Source of the DNA: Vicugna vicugna
Taxonomy: Eukaryota
Assembly: GCA_013265495.1 (NCBI GenBank)
Contig: MU057801.1
Location: 1,543,879-1,607,878 of the forward strand
Direction of reading: 5' to 3'
DNA length: 64,000 nucleotides
Below the pieces are notes generated by a model. It was not told where the DNA came from, searched no databases, and saw nothing but the letters and a program-made list of their open reading frames with translations. The stretch's first letter is position 1, and the number at the start of each line of letters is the position of its first letter. Positions 13,241 through 26,766 of the stretch are shown piece by piece. A program made the position numbers and the translations under genes.

Positions 13241-13800
13241 CGCCCGACGTCCGGCTGCGTCTGCGCTGCCCCCGCGCGGGGGTCCGGGCGCCCGCGGCTA
13301 TGGGCCGGGCCCCTCGGGCTGGCGCGTCTGGCTGGTCTTTGGGCGGCCAGTCGCCGGACGCCCTCGGCTCAGGGGGCCCCCTGATCCGGCCGGTCAACCG
13401 CCTCGGGCAGGCTGGCGGCGGGCAAGGCGTGGGGGCCGAGCGCCGTCCCCGGACGGGCGGGCGCGGCCGCGCGGGGCCTCACACGTCAAAACGCGGCAGC
13501 GGCGCGCCCGTCGCGGGGCGGGAGCGCGGGAAAGCCCTCGTCCGGAGCAGCGCGCGGCGATCACGCCGGGTGAGCACACCACGCACGACTGTTCGCAGGT
13601 GAACGCGTGCTAAAGACATGGACAAATGTAAAAAACCCAACCCTTTTATCTGCACAGAAAGAAACCCAAAGCGCGAGGCCGCAGATGCCGTCGTCTGTTC
13701 CCCGGACGCCGGCGCGGGGGCGGCAACGCGCCGTCCTGCTCGGGGGCGCTTTCCGTCTTCAGAAAACCCGCGGACGGTCTGAGTCCCCAGCCTGGCGCTT
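13090..13800. promoter_or_regulatory. CpG island
   Basis: very high GC and dense CpG over ~700 bp, against AT-rich flanks. Confidence 0.8.
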
Positions 13801-16614
13801 GTGGATGGGTTTTGCCCTTTGTCAATAGGCTGTGAGTTTACCTATGTGGTCATAACTTGTGCTGACTTAAAACTTTAGCTTAAAGAGGATTTCTTGGCAT
13901 GGCAGCAAGGCAGGCAAGGGAAGTGGGGAATCCAAGCGAACCATCGCGGCTTCCCTCCCTTTATCTCGGTACTTCTCACAAAATTTGTCAGCTGCGGGAG
14001 ATCGTATGATTTAAATTCCCTCAGAGAAATGTTGTATCTACTTTCCCGCTTCGTAACTGATGTCTTCCCCTAGATCCAGTAATTCCCGGACTGCGGCAGC
14101 TCAGCCTTTCGACACCCCTGTGGCTTTCTTCCCAGAGCCCCGTCCAGCTGTCCAGCCCCGTCCTGCCCCTCCAGCTGAGCCTCAGCAGCTCTGTGAGCCG
14201 CTGGCCATCAGTCATAACAAGTGTCTGTGTCCAGACTTGGGAGGGCGCTGGCTTTTCCAGCCGCAACTTGCGAAGATGCCTTGGAGACAAGGTGGTGGGA
14301 AGAGTGACTTCATACGCCTTCTGCCTCTGAAGAGGTAGGTTGTAAACCGACTCAGGGCAGAATGAATTGGGTGTCTTCGTCCAGGTAAACACTGCCTATT
14401 TATCCACAACACAAAACCACCATACAATTCAAAAACATTGGCAGTCACTGGCGAGGGAGAGACCCAGGAGGGGCCAGGAGTGAGGTGGCGGAGGCAGGGC
14501 TGTGCAGAGACGCGGCGGCCACAGGCGGCCTGGTGCACGGCGTCGCTGCAGCTCTTGTCTGCGCGAGTCCCACATCTGCAAAAACAAAACTGAATCAGAG
14601 GCGACACTGTCTCTTGTCCTGCCAGCTCGGATCTGCTCGTGAATCACAGCCTCGCCCCGTTCCTGAGCCCGAGCGTCACTCCTGGCTCCACATTCGCTGA
14701 CCTTCTCGCCTGCCTCTGAAGAGGGACACATTAATTGTTATTAGTCACTCTGTGTTTCAGACCTCTCTGGGGACCGGGAAACCCAGCAGGCAGATCTCAG
14801 GCCCTAGAAAGAGGTTAAACTGAGTTGCAAATAAAAGGCTTAGAAAGTCCCAAAAATCACAACCTTGGCAAGAATCTCCAATAGGGAAAATTAACTTTCC
14901 TCTCTCATCTGAGTTAACAGAGTTGGGAGAAGCCAGTCTCTTTGTTGGATAACCCAACACTACCATTTCCATCGACAAGATGCATTTTTGAAGCTGGAAA
15001 ATGTTTCTTTTTGGTTCCAAACAACCTCTTTAACTTGACTTGGACACCAGATCTCTTGGACTTTTGCCTCTTTGCATCCAAAACTAGCAGTGTTCCTGAG
15101 AGAAGGTTGTCAGTCACTCACACGTCAGTGAGGGTTTCAGTCAGCCCCCATTTAAATATATCTACTCAGATAAATGTTGATTGAGTACCAATCTTGTGCT
15201 CAGCACAAAGCCGAGGAGGCCACAGCCCCCTGACCTCTGAGTGCAGACAGTGGAGAAGGGGAAACAGACACCTGGCTGGTGACGACCCAGGTGTCAGCGG
15301 TGGTGCGAGAACTAAAGTTCTACGGAGCCAGAAGGAAGACGCGCTCAGAGGGAGGCTGGGAGGAGGAGGAGGCGCGGGCATCTGAGCTGAGCTTCTCAAA
15401 GGCAGAGGGCTTCCAACAGGCAGGAGTGCAGGGGGTGAGGAGGTGCGTGGTGCTGGCAAGGGGACCCCACATGCGGGTGAAAGTCGGTAGACACACAGGA
15501 TGTGTGTGAGGACACACGGGCACTTGGGTGTGGGTGGCAGGCCTGGCAGCCCTGAGCGGTGCTGGACCATGGTTGGGAAAGGGATCGGGCCAATTAGGGA
15601 GGCCTCAGCGGCCATAATAAAGCTTGGGATGCAGGCAATTGGAGTCATCGCAGATTTGGGGTGGTGGGATCTCTGCTTCAAGGAAGTGCAGCACTGGTGG
15701 CCTCGGGGCAGATTCTGAGCTGATTCCAGCGGCCCAAGTGGAAACGAGGCTGAGGCGATGGGCGTTAAAATGAGGAGAACGCTTGGAGGCGTCTTGCATG
15801 TGGGCTCAGTCAGAACCTAACCAGGGTGGGCGCTCACAAGCAGGCGGCCAGGGGAGTGGAAGGGGACCGCCAGGTTTCTCACCTGGTGGTCTTATGTCTG
15901 AGTGTGAGGTTCCAGGATAACTGACAGTTAAAGAAATTCCAGGCATCATCTGCTGGTGCGAGTGAAAATATGAGGATTTACAAACAAAAAGAGAAAACAA
16001 ACGAAGCTTCACCTCCTTACTTGCTTTTCTCCTGATGGTCTTCACTCTTTACACCTCAGTCGGAAATCTTTTGGAGTTTTCAATTTTATCTGATGAGTAT
16101 TTAACACAAAGCATTTACCGATGGCTACTAGTCCTTGGCTGCCTGAAAACAGGTCACTAAAAATTATGCCCGGGAAGAATTTTGTTTTATCATGCCCAGC
16201 ACAGAGCACAGGCAGGGGGTTACCACACTCAAGGGAAGCCCAACGTGTATTTCTGCCTGAAGACCTGCAGTTTCCCTAAGGAGGACAGGACGGCCACCCC
16301 TCTGGGCGTGTGAGCATCCTTCTGTTGACTCTGGAACTCCAGGTGTTGGTGGCTGGGCGGCCGACCTGCTGACGAGGCTGCCAGGAAAGGGGGCGGAGAG
16401 GACACTGGCAAATGAGGTCAGAAACCAGCAGTACTCAGTCTCATTTTCGATAGTTTCAGAACCTAAAAAATAAGTCAAAGTCAAAGTGATGAGAAGAAAT
16501 TGGAACTCACTTCTTTTTATTGTAAACAAAACAAATGCAGCTCTTCCTAAACAAGCTCACCTAATCCTTGATGGTGGCTCTGTCTAGCACGTTAGGTGGC
16601 CTATAGTGGAAGGA

Positions 16615-16700
16615 ATGCAGGTTTGTATCTGAGTATCACCACTAGTTGCTGTGTGACTTTCCATAAGCTGGGCTTCTCTGAGCCTCAGTCTCTCCGTCAG
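16615..16700 (+). mobile_element. MIR fragment (5' part, interrupted by MLT1A)
   Basis: ccactagttgctgtgtgactttccataag...ttctctgagcctcagtctctcc. Confidence 0.7.
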
Positions 16701-16994
16701 TGCTATGGCCTGAATGCCTGTGCCCTCTGAAATTCCTATGTTGAAACCTGAGGTCCAAGATGATAGTATCAGGAGGTGGGGGCCTTTGGGTGTGGATGAA
16801 GCCGTGAGGGTGGAGCCCTCATGAATGGAATTAGTGCCCTTGTAAATGAGGCCCCAGAGAGCTAGCTGGTCCCTTCCTCCATGTGAAGGTAAAAGAATTC
16901 TGCATCTGGAGGGCCTCAGGTGACCACGCTGACACCTCGATCCGGGACCTCCATCCTCCAGGACTGTGAGAGATAAATTCCTGTTGTTTATGAA
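16701..16994 (+). mobile_element. MaLR LTR (MLT1A/MLT1A0-like)
   Basis: starts tgctatggcctgaatg; contains gagggtggagccctcatgaatggaattagtgccct and cctccaggactgtgagagataaattcctgttgttta. Confidence 0.88.
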
Positions 16995-18214
16995 TGAGTG
17001 AGATAAGGAAACGTGAATTGTATGCCATTCAACACATAGTAAGTGAATACTTTTTAAACATTCGGAGAAAGTGACGTGTTGCCTACTGCATCTTCTTCTA
17101 TGACTCCGTGGGTCCTTCTCAGGCAGGCCTTGGGTCTGTCTTCCCAACACTGCCCCTTGCACCAGCTCCCCGAGCCTCTGTTCACAGTTACAGAAGCCTG
17201 GGCCGGTCCTCCCCTCGCCCTCCGTCTGGTAAAACCCTCCGGATGCAGCCCCGAAACGCCGTCAGCCCCGCCCGCCGGGAGCCCTCAGTTTGCTCTCTCG
17301 CTCCGACTCCGAGCTCCGACTTCTTCGCCCTCAAAGACGCTTTGTCTGGCCCTGCGCTGCAGTGACTTGCAGTCCCACCCGACCCCTCACCAGGCTCTGA
17401 GACCTTTGAAAGCAGGGCCTGCCCTGCCACTTTCATCCCGCCCACTTGGGTGGATGACTTGGTGGTCCCCAGAATGAGGACTGGTGACTCTGGGGCCTGG
17501 AGGCCTGACCAGTCACTGATTCCCGCAAATCCACACTCGGGTGGTTAGTGCTCTTCTGGGCTCTGGAGCTGGGCCTTTCCTTCAGGTGGTCCCTTCCGTC
17601 CAGCCTGGCTGGGCCCCCGCGGGTGGGGACCAAGGTATCCTGAGGGCTTCCTGGTTGCACTCACAGGCGTCCGCCAGGCAGGGTGCACGGGCAGCAGCAG
17701 GTGGACCGCACGCCCTCCAGGCCGGAGGGGAGGTGCCGGCTCTCCTGCAGTGTGCCCGGGGCCCGCGGTTCTGTCCAGCTCAGGGGTCCTCCTCAAATGA
17801 AGCTCAGTGGTTTTCGTGGGGAGGGGGTGCATTTTCCGTTCATCTCACTTATTTTTGTGCCAGTCTCCGTCAGCGTCTCGCTGGGTTCTGTGGCATTGGG
17901 GATGTGGCTCTGTAGGTGTCCTGAAACCAAAGGAGAAATGTGCCTCTGTGTGACCGTGTTTGTTATTCCCGGGAGAGGGCTGGCATCGAATCCCAAGGTG
18001 ATGCAGTGACACGACATGACAAAGAGAAAGAGAAGAAAGAAAATACAGTAGAAACTGACGTCTAGACAGCACAGATCAAGTCAGGCCAAGAACTGGCAAC
18101 ACAGCATTTTTAAGATGAAGTCAAAGCTGTTGGTTCCTTCTCAGATCCCCCCAGCCCACCGTAAGGGCACCGCAGAATGGATTCTCTCATCCCTTTTCCC
18201 AAGACCAAGGGAGG

Positions 18215-18420
18215 AAGCCCCTCAAACTGGGCAGGTGAGAAGTGTTTAGCAGTTAAAGCACTGAAAGGGGGCACCCCCTAACCACTAGGCTGCGTGCGGC
18301 TTGTCTGATCGGGGGCAGTTCTGGGGGTCCCACCCTACAGTTGCCCCCAGTGGTGGCTGCTCATGACTGCACCTCAAATAGCTCCCCTCCTTGCCCCCCA
18401 TCCTGGGGTCACTGCCTAAC
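18215..18420 (+). mobile_element. ERVL LTR fragment (LTR16-like)
   Basis: cagttgcccccagtggtggctgctcatgactgcacc...tcctggggtcactgcctaa resembles the LTR16 3' half. Confidence 0.5.
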
Positions 18421-19381
18421 GTCAGTGCCGTCCCCCACGGCTGTGCCCTAGGGTCTGGAAAGGAGCCCAGGCAGAGACGAAAGACTCACCGTGCGGTCAA
18501 GACAATCAGGGAGGCACAGCTCGACTCCCGAATGTGAATGAAAACAATACAGCGTACAGAGACTGAAGGCCAGACGCCCTCCTTGACTGGACCCGGCCCA
18601 TTGCAGCCTGACGGCTTTGGGGTTAGTTTCCAGCAAGGTGCTTACTGCTCTTTAAGGCCTTGCTTTTCCGGATGTGGAATATTAACACTCAGCTAATAAG
18701 CTGAGCTACTTACTATTTATTAGCGGCCTGGAGGAGCCGGGCCCGTAGGCTTATGGCAACTCGACAAGGCCTCGTCAAGCGCTCGCACCTCTCCATGCGG
18801 CGTGTTTTGCCAGAAAGCGGGCGTTCGGGTTCCTGGCCAAGCCGAGCACACTGAAGCCCTAAGACGGACGAGCTGCGTCTCCACCCGCTGGTATGCAAGC
18901 TGTTCAAGTTCCTAAATTTGAAGACAGGTTGGACATTTTTCTCGTGGCGTTCCTGGACCCGAATTTATTTTTCATGAAGCGGTTTTGTAAAATTTATGAC
19001 GTGAGGACACAACACGCCTTTTTCTTGAGGCTCGTCTTGTGCACAGGCCTCTCTGTCACAAGCTGGCAGAAGGCACGGGAAGGGGCTTCTGGGGACAGTC
19101 CTGTCATTGGCTGTGGTCTCTTCAGGACTCATGAGGAGACCTGTCCTCACCCCTTAGTCTGGCTGGAGAGAAGCACCCCTTTCTAGGTGACTTTCCTGAC
19201 AAACCCAAGAGATTAAAAATCAGGTCTTCACCGAAGGAATCATTTGCAATTTACCATAAAAATGACTCATCTTTCCATTACAGATTCTATAACGCAGCCC
19301 CTTACTTATGGATGGAGAAGCTGAGGCCCAGAGAAACAGCTGGATTTTCCCAAACAGCCTGGCTGTTTCAGAGCCTTTTCC

Positions 19382-19382
<1 letters not shown>

Positions 19383-19422
<40 letters not shown>
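19383..19422. repeat. (TG)20 perfect microsatellite, flanked by MIR remnants
   Basis: read directly. Confidence 0.95.
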
Positions 19423-19424
<2 letters not shown>

Positions 19425-19519
19425 TCTCAACTTTCTGAATCTCCGTTTCTTCATTTGCAAAAAAGAGATAACAGTGTAGTTCTTGCAGACTTGACTTGCA
19501 GAGGTAAACTGATATTTCA

Positions 19520-20945
19520 AAAAGTGCTTTCTAATGACATAAAGTACGTTGCATATATTTGAAGTGTAAAATCTGATAAGCTTTGGCGTGTGTGTGTGCC
19601 TGTGAAACCGACCCAGCGTCAGGGTAACAGGTGTGCCCACCGTCCCAGACAGGTTCTCCGGGGCCCCTTGTAACCCCCTCCTGCTCCTCCCTAGGCAATC
19701 ACTGGTCCGCTCAGTTTGCATTTTCTAGGGTTTTGTGTAAATGGAATCGTGCAGGCTGACTTCTTGTTTGTGTGGTTTCTTCCACTCAGCGTAACTGTTC
19801 AGAGCTCGCCCAGAACACTGAATGTATTGAGAGTTTACTGTTAGCATTCTCACCACCGCTTTTGCTCAGCAGGATTCCAGCGCATCAGTGTACCACAGCG
19901 GGCTTACGCATTCATCTGCTGGTGGGCATGTGGGTAACTTAGGTACGTCTTGGGCTCCCACAGGTGGAGCTGTGTGCACGTTCGTGCACACGCCGCTGTG
20001 TGGGTGTGCGCTTTCATTTCTCTCTGGTCAAAAACTAGGAATGCAGTGAGTGCATCCATGGTCAGTGTATCTTAAACATTATAAGAAACTGATGAACTGT
20101 TTTCCAAGGTGGTGATTCCATTTCACGTTTTCCCAAGTGGTCTGTGGTCTCTGGTCCGTACCCTCACCGATCCCCGGTGTGCTCGGTCTTTGTAATTTTA
20201 GCCATTCTAGCAGGCATGCACTCAATCTCACTGTAGTTGTAATCTGCTTTTTCCTAATGATGAACTCTGTTGAGCAGCTATTCGAGTGTTTGCTTATCAC
20301 TCTTTTTACTTTTTGGTGAATTATCAGCTCAAATGTTTCGTCCACTTTCAGCCTGGGTAGTTAATTCTCTTACTATTTAATTCTGATATTTCCATGCATA
20401 TTCTGGATAAATCTACTTCATCAAGTGTATGAGTTGCAAATATTTTCTTCAAGTCTGTGTCTCTTTCGTTCTCTTAACAGTGTGTTTGGAAGAGCAGTGA
20501 ATTTTAAGGAAGTCCAATTTATTTATTTTTTTCTTTTATGGGTCATGTTTTCAGTGTCCTGTCTAGTAAATCTTTCCCTAATACAAAGATGTCAAAAAAA
20601 TTTATCTTACGCTTTCTTCTAGAAGTTTTATAGTTAGAGATTTAAACTGATGTCTATAATCTGTTCGCATTAATTTTTTATATGACATAGTGTATGAAAA
20701 GAAGTTAATTCTGTTTTATATCCGGATCTCCTTTTCTTACAGCAAATTCACTGGGAAGACTGCCCTTTCCCACTGAGTTACCTTTTCATCTTGGTTGGAG
20801 ATCGGTTGTCTGTACATGAGTGGTCCTGTTTCTGGATGCCCTGTTCCTTCCCAGAGACCAGTGTGTTCACCTCTCCAGCACAGTCACGCTCATGCAATCC
20901 CTGCAGCTTTATACAAAGTCTTGAAGTCAAGTGAGATGAGTCTCA
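19520..20945 (-). mobile_element. old L1M element (3' UTR plus ORF2 end)
   Basis: tttgcattttctagggttttgtgtaaatggaatc 3'-UTR motif; minus-strand translation SKHSNSCSTEFIIRKKQITTTVR resembles the L1 ORF2 C-terminal Cys-rich region. Confidence 0.85.
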
Positions 20946-21895
20946 TTGCTGCAAATGAACGGTTTGTCTGTTGTCCGCTAAGTGTTTAGCACGTAACGAA
21001 CCCCGAGTGAATATTCTTTTCATTGCCTTCCTTAATATGGCATTTTCTCTGAAATGGAAAGAATTCCCCTCGGCTGCTTTACGTTCTCAAAGTCAGCAAT
21101 TACCGAACAAGACCCACTGTGATCCACCACCCCAACTTTTAAAATAGAGAATTAGTACAGAAAAATATTCTCTGCCTTCAAGACCCTTGCATCTTAAGGG
21201 AGAGGCATACAATTCATTTTTAGAACAAACTTTTCCTTTCCTGTGTTGTGTCTCTAGTACGTATTAAATGAGCAAGGAGAGCTTGCCTGCAGATGGAGTT
21301 CTGTGTCCGTGATACCTCCTAAATACACCTGATTATTTAGACCAAGTCAGGAACACAAAACACAAAACAGGAAGAGCGGGGATGTGAGGGCTGTGGGACT
21401 CACGAAGGCCCCTTGAGGAAGAACGGCCAGTCGGGAGGGGCGGCGTGGATTTACTTAGGCCAGGAAGCTATTCAGACCCATTCACCCAAATCGCCCACAA
21501 AATGTCCAGGATACCAGGCTCTCCTGCAGGTTGGGGGGTGTGGGCCTGACGGGGACAGCGGTGTGCGATGTGAGTGAGCCGGAGCGGCATGGCCGTGCGC
21601 GCGGAGGAACCAGAGGGCTCATCGGCTCAGCCCTGTCCAGTGGCTACTGTCATTTTAACACAGGCAGCTGAAGGAGCACGCCTGGGGACACCCTCACTCT
21701 TGGGCCATCGGGATGTTGGCGCCGGCTCGGGGGCCTGGGGGCGCTAGTCCTCCTTGCCTCTTGGCTCTGCCCTCTCCAGAGCTCTGCCCACTCCCTAGCT
21801 GCGGTGGGAGAGAGGGCCCAGCAGCTCCAGCTCAATGTGGCTTCAACCCTGTGATCTCAGAAGGAGAGGCAGATGCCCAACCAGCAGCCTGAGCA

Positions 21896-22037
21896 AGGCT
21901 CCTGCCTGATCTGCCTGGGGGGGGTCGCACAGCCCCCCGGACTAGGCTCCTGCCTGATCTGCCTGGGGGGGTCACACAGTCCCCCCGGACTAGGCTCCTG
22001 CCTGATCTGCCTGGAGGTCACACAGCCCCCCCGGATT
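21896..22037. repeat. minisatellite, 3 x ~48 bp
   Basis: aggctcctgcctgatctgcctgg(g)n-tc(g/a)cacag-ccccccgga units start at 21896, 21944 and 21992. Confidence 0.93.
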
Positions 22038-22269
22038 GGTCACTGTGTCTCGGGAGATGCGCTTGGATTGTCCAGGCCAGGCAAGGTACCACGTACTTGC
22101 CTGGAGGAAAAGTAACCTGTCACCTGGAAACACAGGGAACGAAGGAGAAGCAGAGACTCCGTGGACGCGCACTGCACGCGCTCTGAGGGACGCGGGGATA
22201 ACAACGAGGACAACTACTGCTACTTACTAAAGTATGTTTCTGCTCATTTGTTCTCAAATTGTGACTAAG

Positions 22270-22684
22270 TGCACTGCTGCCTTGAGTTTTTGCCCCTCCC
22301 CTACATCTCTGTCCTTTGTCCAGGGACTTGCAGCCCCCGCCTCTGTGGGAGCAGTGCATTCCTTTCCCGTTGACCTTGGGTGTGGCTTTGTGATTGGCTT
22401 TGGCCAGTGACCCCAGGATGGCGGTGATGATGCCCCAGCTCTGAGCTTAGGCCTTAGGGGCCTCACATGTTCCCTGGTTGCTCCTGAACCTCCGAGGTCT
22501 CACGAGAGGGTCATGACCTGCTGGCCTCCTGGTCCCGAGGTGGCGGCGGGGAGGAAGATGAGAGAGCTTGGAGCAAAGCTGACCCAGAAAACCCACCGAC
22601 TCGTGCACAGTAAACTCTTGTTTGCTACTTGTGTGCTGCTTAGAACTTGAGGTTGTTTCTGATGCAGCAAAAGCCAGCTGTTCA
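22270..22684 (+). mobile_element. MaLR LTR (MLT1H/I-like)
   Basis: ttgaccttgggtgtggctttgtgattggctttggcca...ctgagcttaggcctta...ttgaggttgtttctgatgcagcaaaagccagctgttca. Confidence 0.7.
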
Positions 22685-23009
22685 ACGGCCAACAGAGACC
22701 GAGGAAGTGACCTCCACAAAGGCTGAACCTGTGTTGTTAATATTGCTTGTTTCCCAGGACCTAGGAGATTGCCTGGCATAGGGTAGGCCCCCAACCAACA
22801 CACCCCAGATGCATAGCTCACTGCGAAGTACTGGTCCTGTGCTAGGTTCTGAGGGGGAAAAGATGTGTGAGGGGTCTGCCTCAAAGCAGCTTGCACTGTG
22901 TTTGCAAAAACCACATGGGTGTGGTAAGCCTGCGGGACCAAGGGAGAAATGCACCACATGGGAAGCAGTGATGTGCGTGGAAATGACTTGTGTGCTGTTA
23001 ATGCTCTTC

Positions 23010-23479
23010 CTGGAGAGGTGGTCTGTTTTCACCCACATCCCTTGACCTGCACCTTTCAGGGCCTGACTCCCATCGGCCATCAGCAACATTTCTCTGTCTG
23101 AGAAATTCTCTGGCCATCAGAGCTTGCTTTACTCTCCTGCACAGTTCAGAAGGGTCTGGAAAGTAATGCCCCCACCCATCCCACCCCTGGCAGCAGCCCT
23201 CTGTCAGTGACTGATGGGAGGTGGAGTATAAATACCCCAGCTCCCTTCCCTCTCATCTCGAACGGGGTGACACAGAGTCTATAGCGACTCTCGGATTTCC
23301 CTCATGAGTTCAAGCTCCAGGTGCCCTCAGGATAACTTGTTTGTTGATGCACCAAGATATGACGGTCTTCTTCCCTGTCTCTCTGTGTCCCTCACTCCAG
23401 GATATCCTGGGATTTGCAAATAAAGAATTGCATGTGAATCCTTGTCTCTACTGCTTCTGGGGGAACCCAAACCCAAATA
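23010..23479 (+). mobile_element. ERVL solo LTR (LTR16C-like)
   Basis: gcagccctctgtcagtgactgatgggaggtggagtataaataccccagctccc...caaataaag...gaatccttgtctc...tgcttctgggggaacccaaac. Confidence 0.85.
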
Positions 23480-26436
23480 TATGGGAACTACATATTTGGT
23501 TTCATTCCCATTTTATTTTATTTTAAAATATATATTTTATATACTTTTTAATAAAATTTAAAATTATAATTTTGAATATAGTTAATATTTATTAAAAATA
23601 TATAGGGGTTTTAAAAACACTATCTATAAACCAGTTTTGAGCAGGCCTTCCAGCATGTTTCATTTACCCATGGTATAAATTCTACTGCTTTAAGATTCTC
23701 TGGACATTACATATGCAGAAAAATGGAATTTTAAAAAAGATGAAAATAAACAAATTTTTAAAAAATGTCTTGTGAATCACGATGAGCCAGCACCCACACG
23801 CTGGGACTCTGCATTGAGTGGGCGATCTCTCTGTAACTAAACACCACTGGCCTGTGGCGTGTCAGGGGCTCTGGACTTTACCTTGAGTTTGCCCAGAGAC
23901 GGTGTAGGGAGGAAGAGGAGCACCCCAGCCCTGCCTTCATCCTGCTCTTGGCTGTGCCTTCATTACTGGTGTTAACTTTGATCCATGGATACTTTTCAGG
24001 AATTTGTTTTGAAGCCATCTAGCCAGTTTCCAAGAGTTCGTGTAGTTAAAACCAGATAATAGAATCCATAAATCCACTAAATTGGGCACATGTGAACTGC
24101 AATGCTGTAAGACACAGAAAATCAGCTCGGGAGCAAGGGCATCACCTCTGCCTCCACCCTCCGGATCCTGCGAGGAGCCGAGGTGGCGCGTGGCCACTGG
24201 CCTCACCGACCACTTGGGGCGCAGCTCCCCGAGCACATCAAGTAGGACGGAAGTCTGGTTTCTTACTCCTACAGAGAAAACGAAGGGAAACAGACATTCT
24301 TGTGTTCTCTTCCTTTTCCATGATCGGTTGCCTCATGTCCGTCCTGAAGATCACAGGAACAGTGGAGAGGATACAGGGCTGTGTGCAGTGTGGCTGAGCA
24401 GAGAGTCACGGATGGACGTGGCCCTTGGGGGCGACCAGGAGTGCGTGCGGCTGGGGAGCTGGGCAGAAAGGGACACTTCCTAAGCTGATTAACCCAAGGA
24501 ACACAGACGTGGTTTCAGTGACCAGAGCCAGACGCGCCGTGGTTAGCTACTCAGGCGAACCACCCTCTGTGACACGTCGGTGCCAAGCTGATACCACCTT
24601 CCTTGAGCACAGCCGTCGGAGAAAGGAGCTTCCTCCTCAACTTCTGTCCTTTTACTGCTAAAAATCGAAACTGCAGAGTTTCAAGCCAGAGAACTAGAGG
24701 TTAGTTGGTCCTAAGGTGTGGCTTCTGTTTGCCGCGAGAGGGATTCACTCTGAGATTTCAAAGACGGCTGCAGTTTCCACCGCCGTGTGAGGAGAGTGCA
24801 GGCTCGTGGACACTGTGCGTGACGGTGATCACTGTTCGTTCAGAAACTTGGGGGCGATTTCTTTCTGAAGCTGAGACATGAGCATTGAGCGTTGACTGAG
24901 ACAGTCACAGAAATAACGGAAACATGATTTTTATTAAACTTTAGATGAAAAAGAAATTAAGCTTTTTTTTCCCAGTCTCAGACCAGGAGAGGTCAAACTC
25001 ACCATCTGAAGTTGGTTTGTGTGTTTTTTTCCCTTTCTTTTTCATTAAAAAAAAAATCTCATTTAAAAACTGTGTGGGTCCTCAGAGCCCCCCATTCAAT
25101 TAAATTTGCTTTACCAATTCCCCAAAACGGCATTTGCTAAGCAAGAGCCATGGGACGTGGTACGTGTCTGCTGGCCTCCTAAGAGCTGTTTTACAAACCA
25201 ACTCTCGGTGGATGGACTGGACATTCTAGAGGGAGCTCCCTCTGATGTGCTCTGCCTCCCTGGGGCCCCGGCTGTGCTTTATAAACTTGTCAGCCCCGAG
25301 GCCTTGTTACAAGGAAGATGAAATGACGGTGACTGGAATTCCTCTTCCCGTAAATCACCCTTCGCCGCAGACGTCTCTGCGTTCATTAGGGGAGTAAAGG
25401 CAGCGCCTGAAGTGTGTTCTCGGGGTTTTTTAATAGGCTTTTTGATGAACCGGGGCTGCAGGGTTAGCACACAGGCCTGCAAGCCGAGGCCTCCTTTCCG
25501 CATCTTGAGCTTCCACTTTGTTGTCTTAGAAACGCCCAGGAAAATCAAAGAGTCTATAATAATTTATAGGCTGTGCCCTGCCTTCCTACACCAGCCCTCG
25601 CCAGCGACCTCAGGAAGGGCACCGAGGTGAGGTCCGCTATTTCAAGGATGGCCCTGCAGTCACTGCCTAATTTACCAGCCGCTTCGAATGTGCACAAGGG
25701 ATGGCGTGTTCCTTTTGTGTGTTATAGAGAGGGGCTCTTCTGCCTCCTCCTCGGTCACCCGGGACAAGTTCAGATACACAGCCTTCCGGACAGAGACTGC
25801 CCGGTCCGTGTTTAAAGCTCTATGTGCCCTGAGTGCTGGAGCCAGTTCCTTCTTACAATAAACAGTGTGTGAAAAGGACGTACGTATGGAGACGTTTTCT
25901 CTCCCGCCAAGACAAGGCGATGGCTTAGCAGATGGACAGAGAACGGACGTGCCGGTTTGGAAGTTGGCACTGAAATGAATGATCTTTTTCCTTGATGGAA
26001 AACTAAACAGGCCCCGATGTCGCTGGGCAGCGGCTGGCCTCGGAGCCCAGGCCACCCATCCTGCCGCTGGCCCCGCGCCCCTGCCTGGCGTCCTCGGTGT
26101 CTCTAAACTCCTGGGTGAGCAGAGAGGAGTGACGTCAGGGGCCCAGACCTTTGGATGCAGATCTAAACGCAGAAACCAAAATCTTGCAGCATCAGCTTTC
26201 ACAGCCACGGGACACAGAGCTGCTCTGCCCTTGTCAGAGCTGCTCCCGACCGGGCACAGAGGTGGGAAAGGTTTGTCATCGGGGCTTCTGCCACTTGCTC
26301 CTGCCCTCTCCACTCCTCAAAAGGATGCTCAGGGCTCCGCCATGTTCCCTGCTGGCGAGGCTTGGAGCCTGGCTGCCCGCGGGATGGGAAATAGCATCAC
26401 TGGACCCTTGGTTAGTCTGTGTAGACCTCGCCTCTT

Positions 26437-26590
26437 TTAATCTTCATAAATGCTCTCGTAGGGAATAACTGATATTATCCCACTTTACAGATGAGGAAAC
26501 CGAGGCCTTGAGAAGTTCAGCAGTTCATCTGCCCAGGACCACACAGCCAGGGGAGGCTGAGGCAGGAGATAGGCTCCAAGCTGGCTTCTC
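26437..26590 (-). mobile_element. MIR SINE
   Basis: attatcccactttacagatgaggaaaccgaggc...tgcccaggaccacacagc is the canonical MIR core. Confidence 0.88.
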
Positions 26591-26766
26591 TCTGTACCCG
26601 GAGCTCTCCATCACAAAGGCACATGGCGTTCAGATGGGTGTGTGGTCTAGAGAGTTCTCCCACCTGCCCACTCTCAGTGTCTCTGTTCTGTGCACTGTGC
26701 AGTGGTGAGCAGGTTGGCCCGGGGATCACATCACATGATTATAAACTGTGAGCTCATTGCTTTCAG

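Noticed and set aside
13023..13613. Overlapping Arg/Gly/Pro-rich ORFs
   Set aside because: Stop-codon depletion in a CpG island; open in several frames on both strands
21896..22037. CRISPR-like repeat appearance
   Set aside because: Head-to-tail units with no unique spacers, no cas genes, mammalian context
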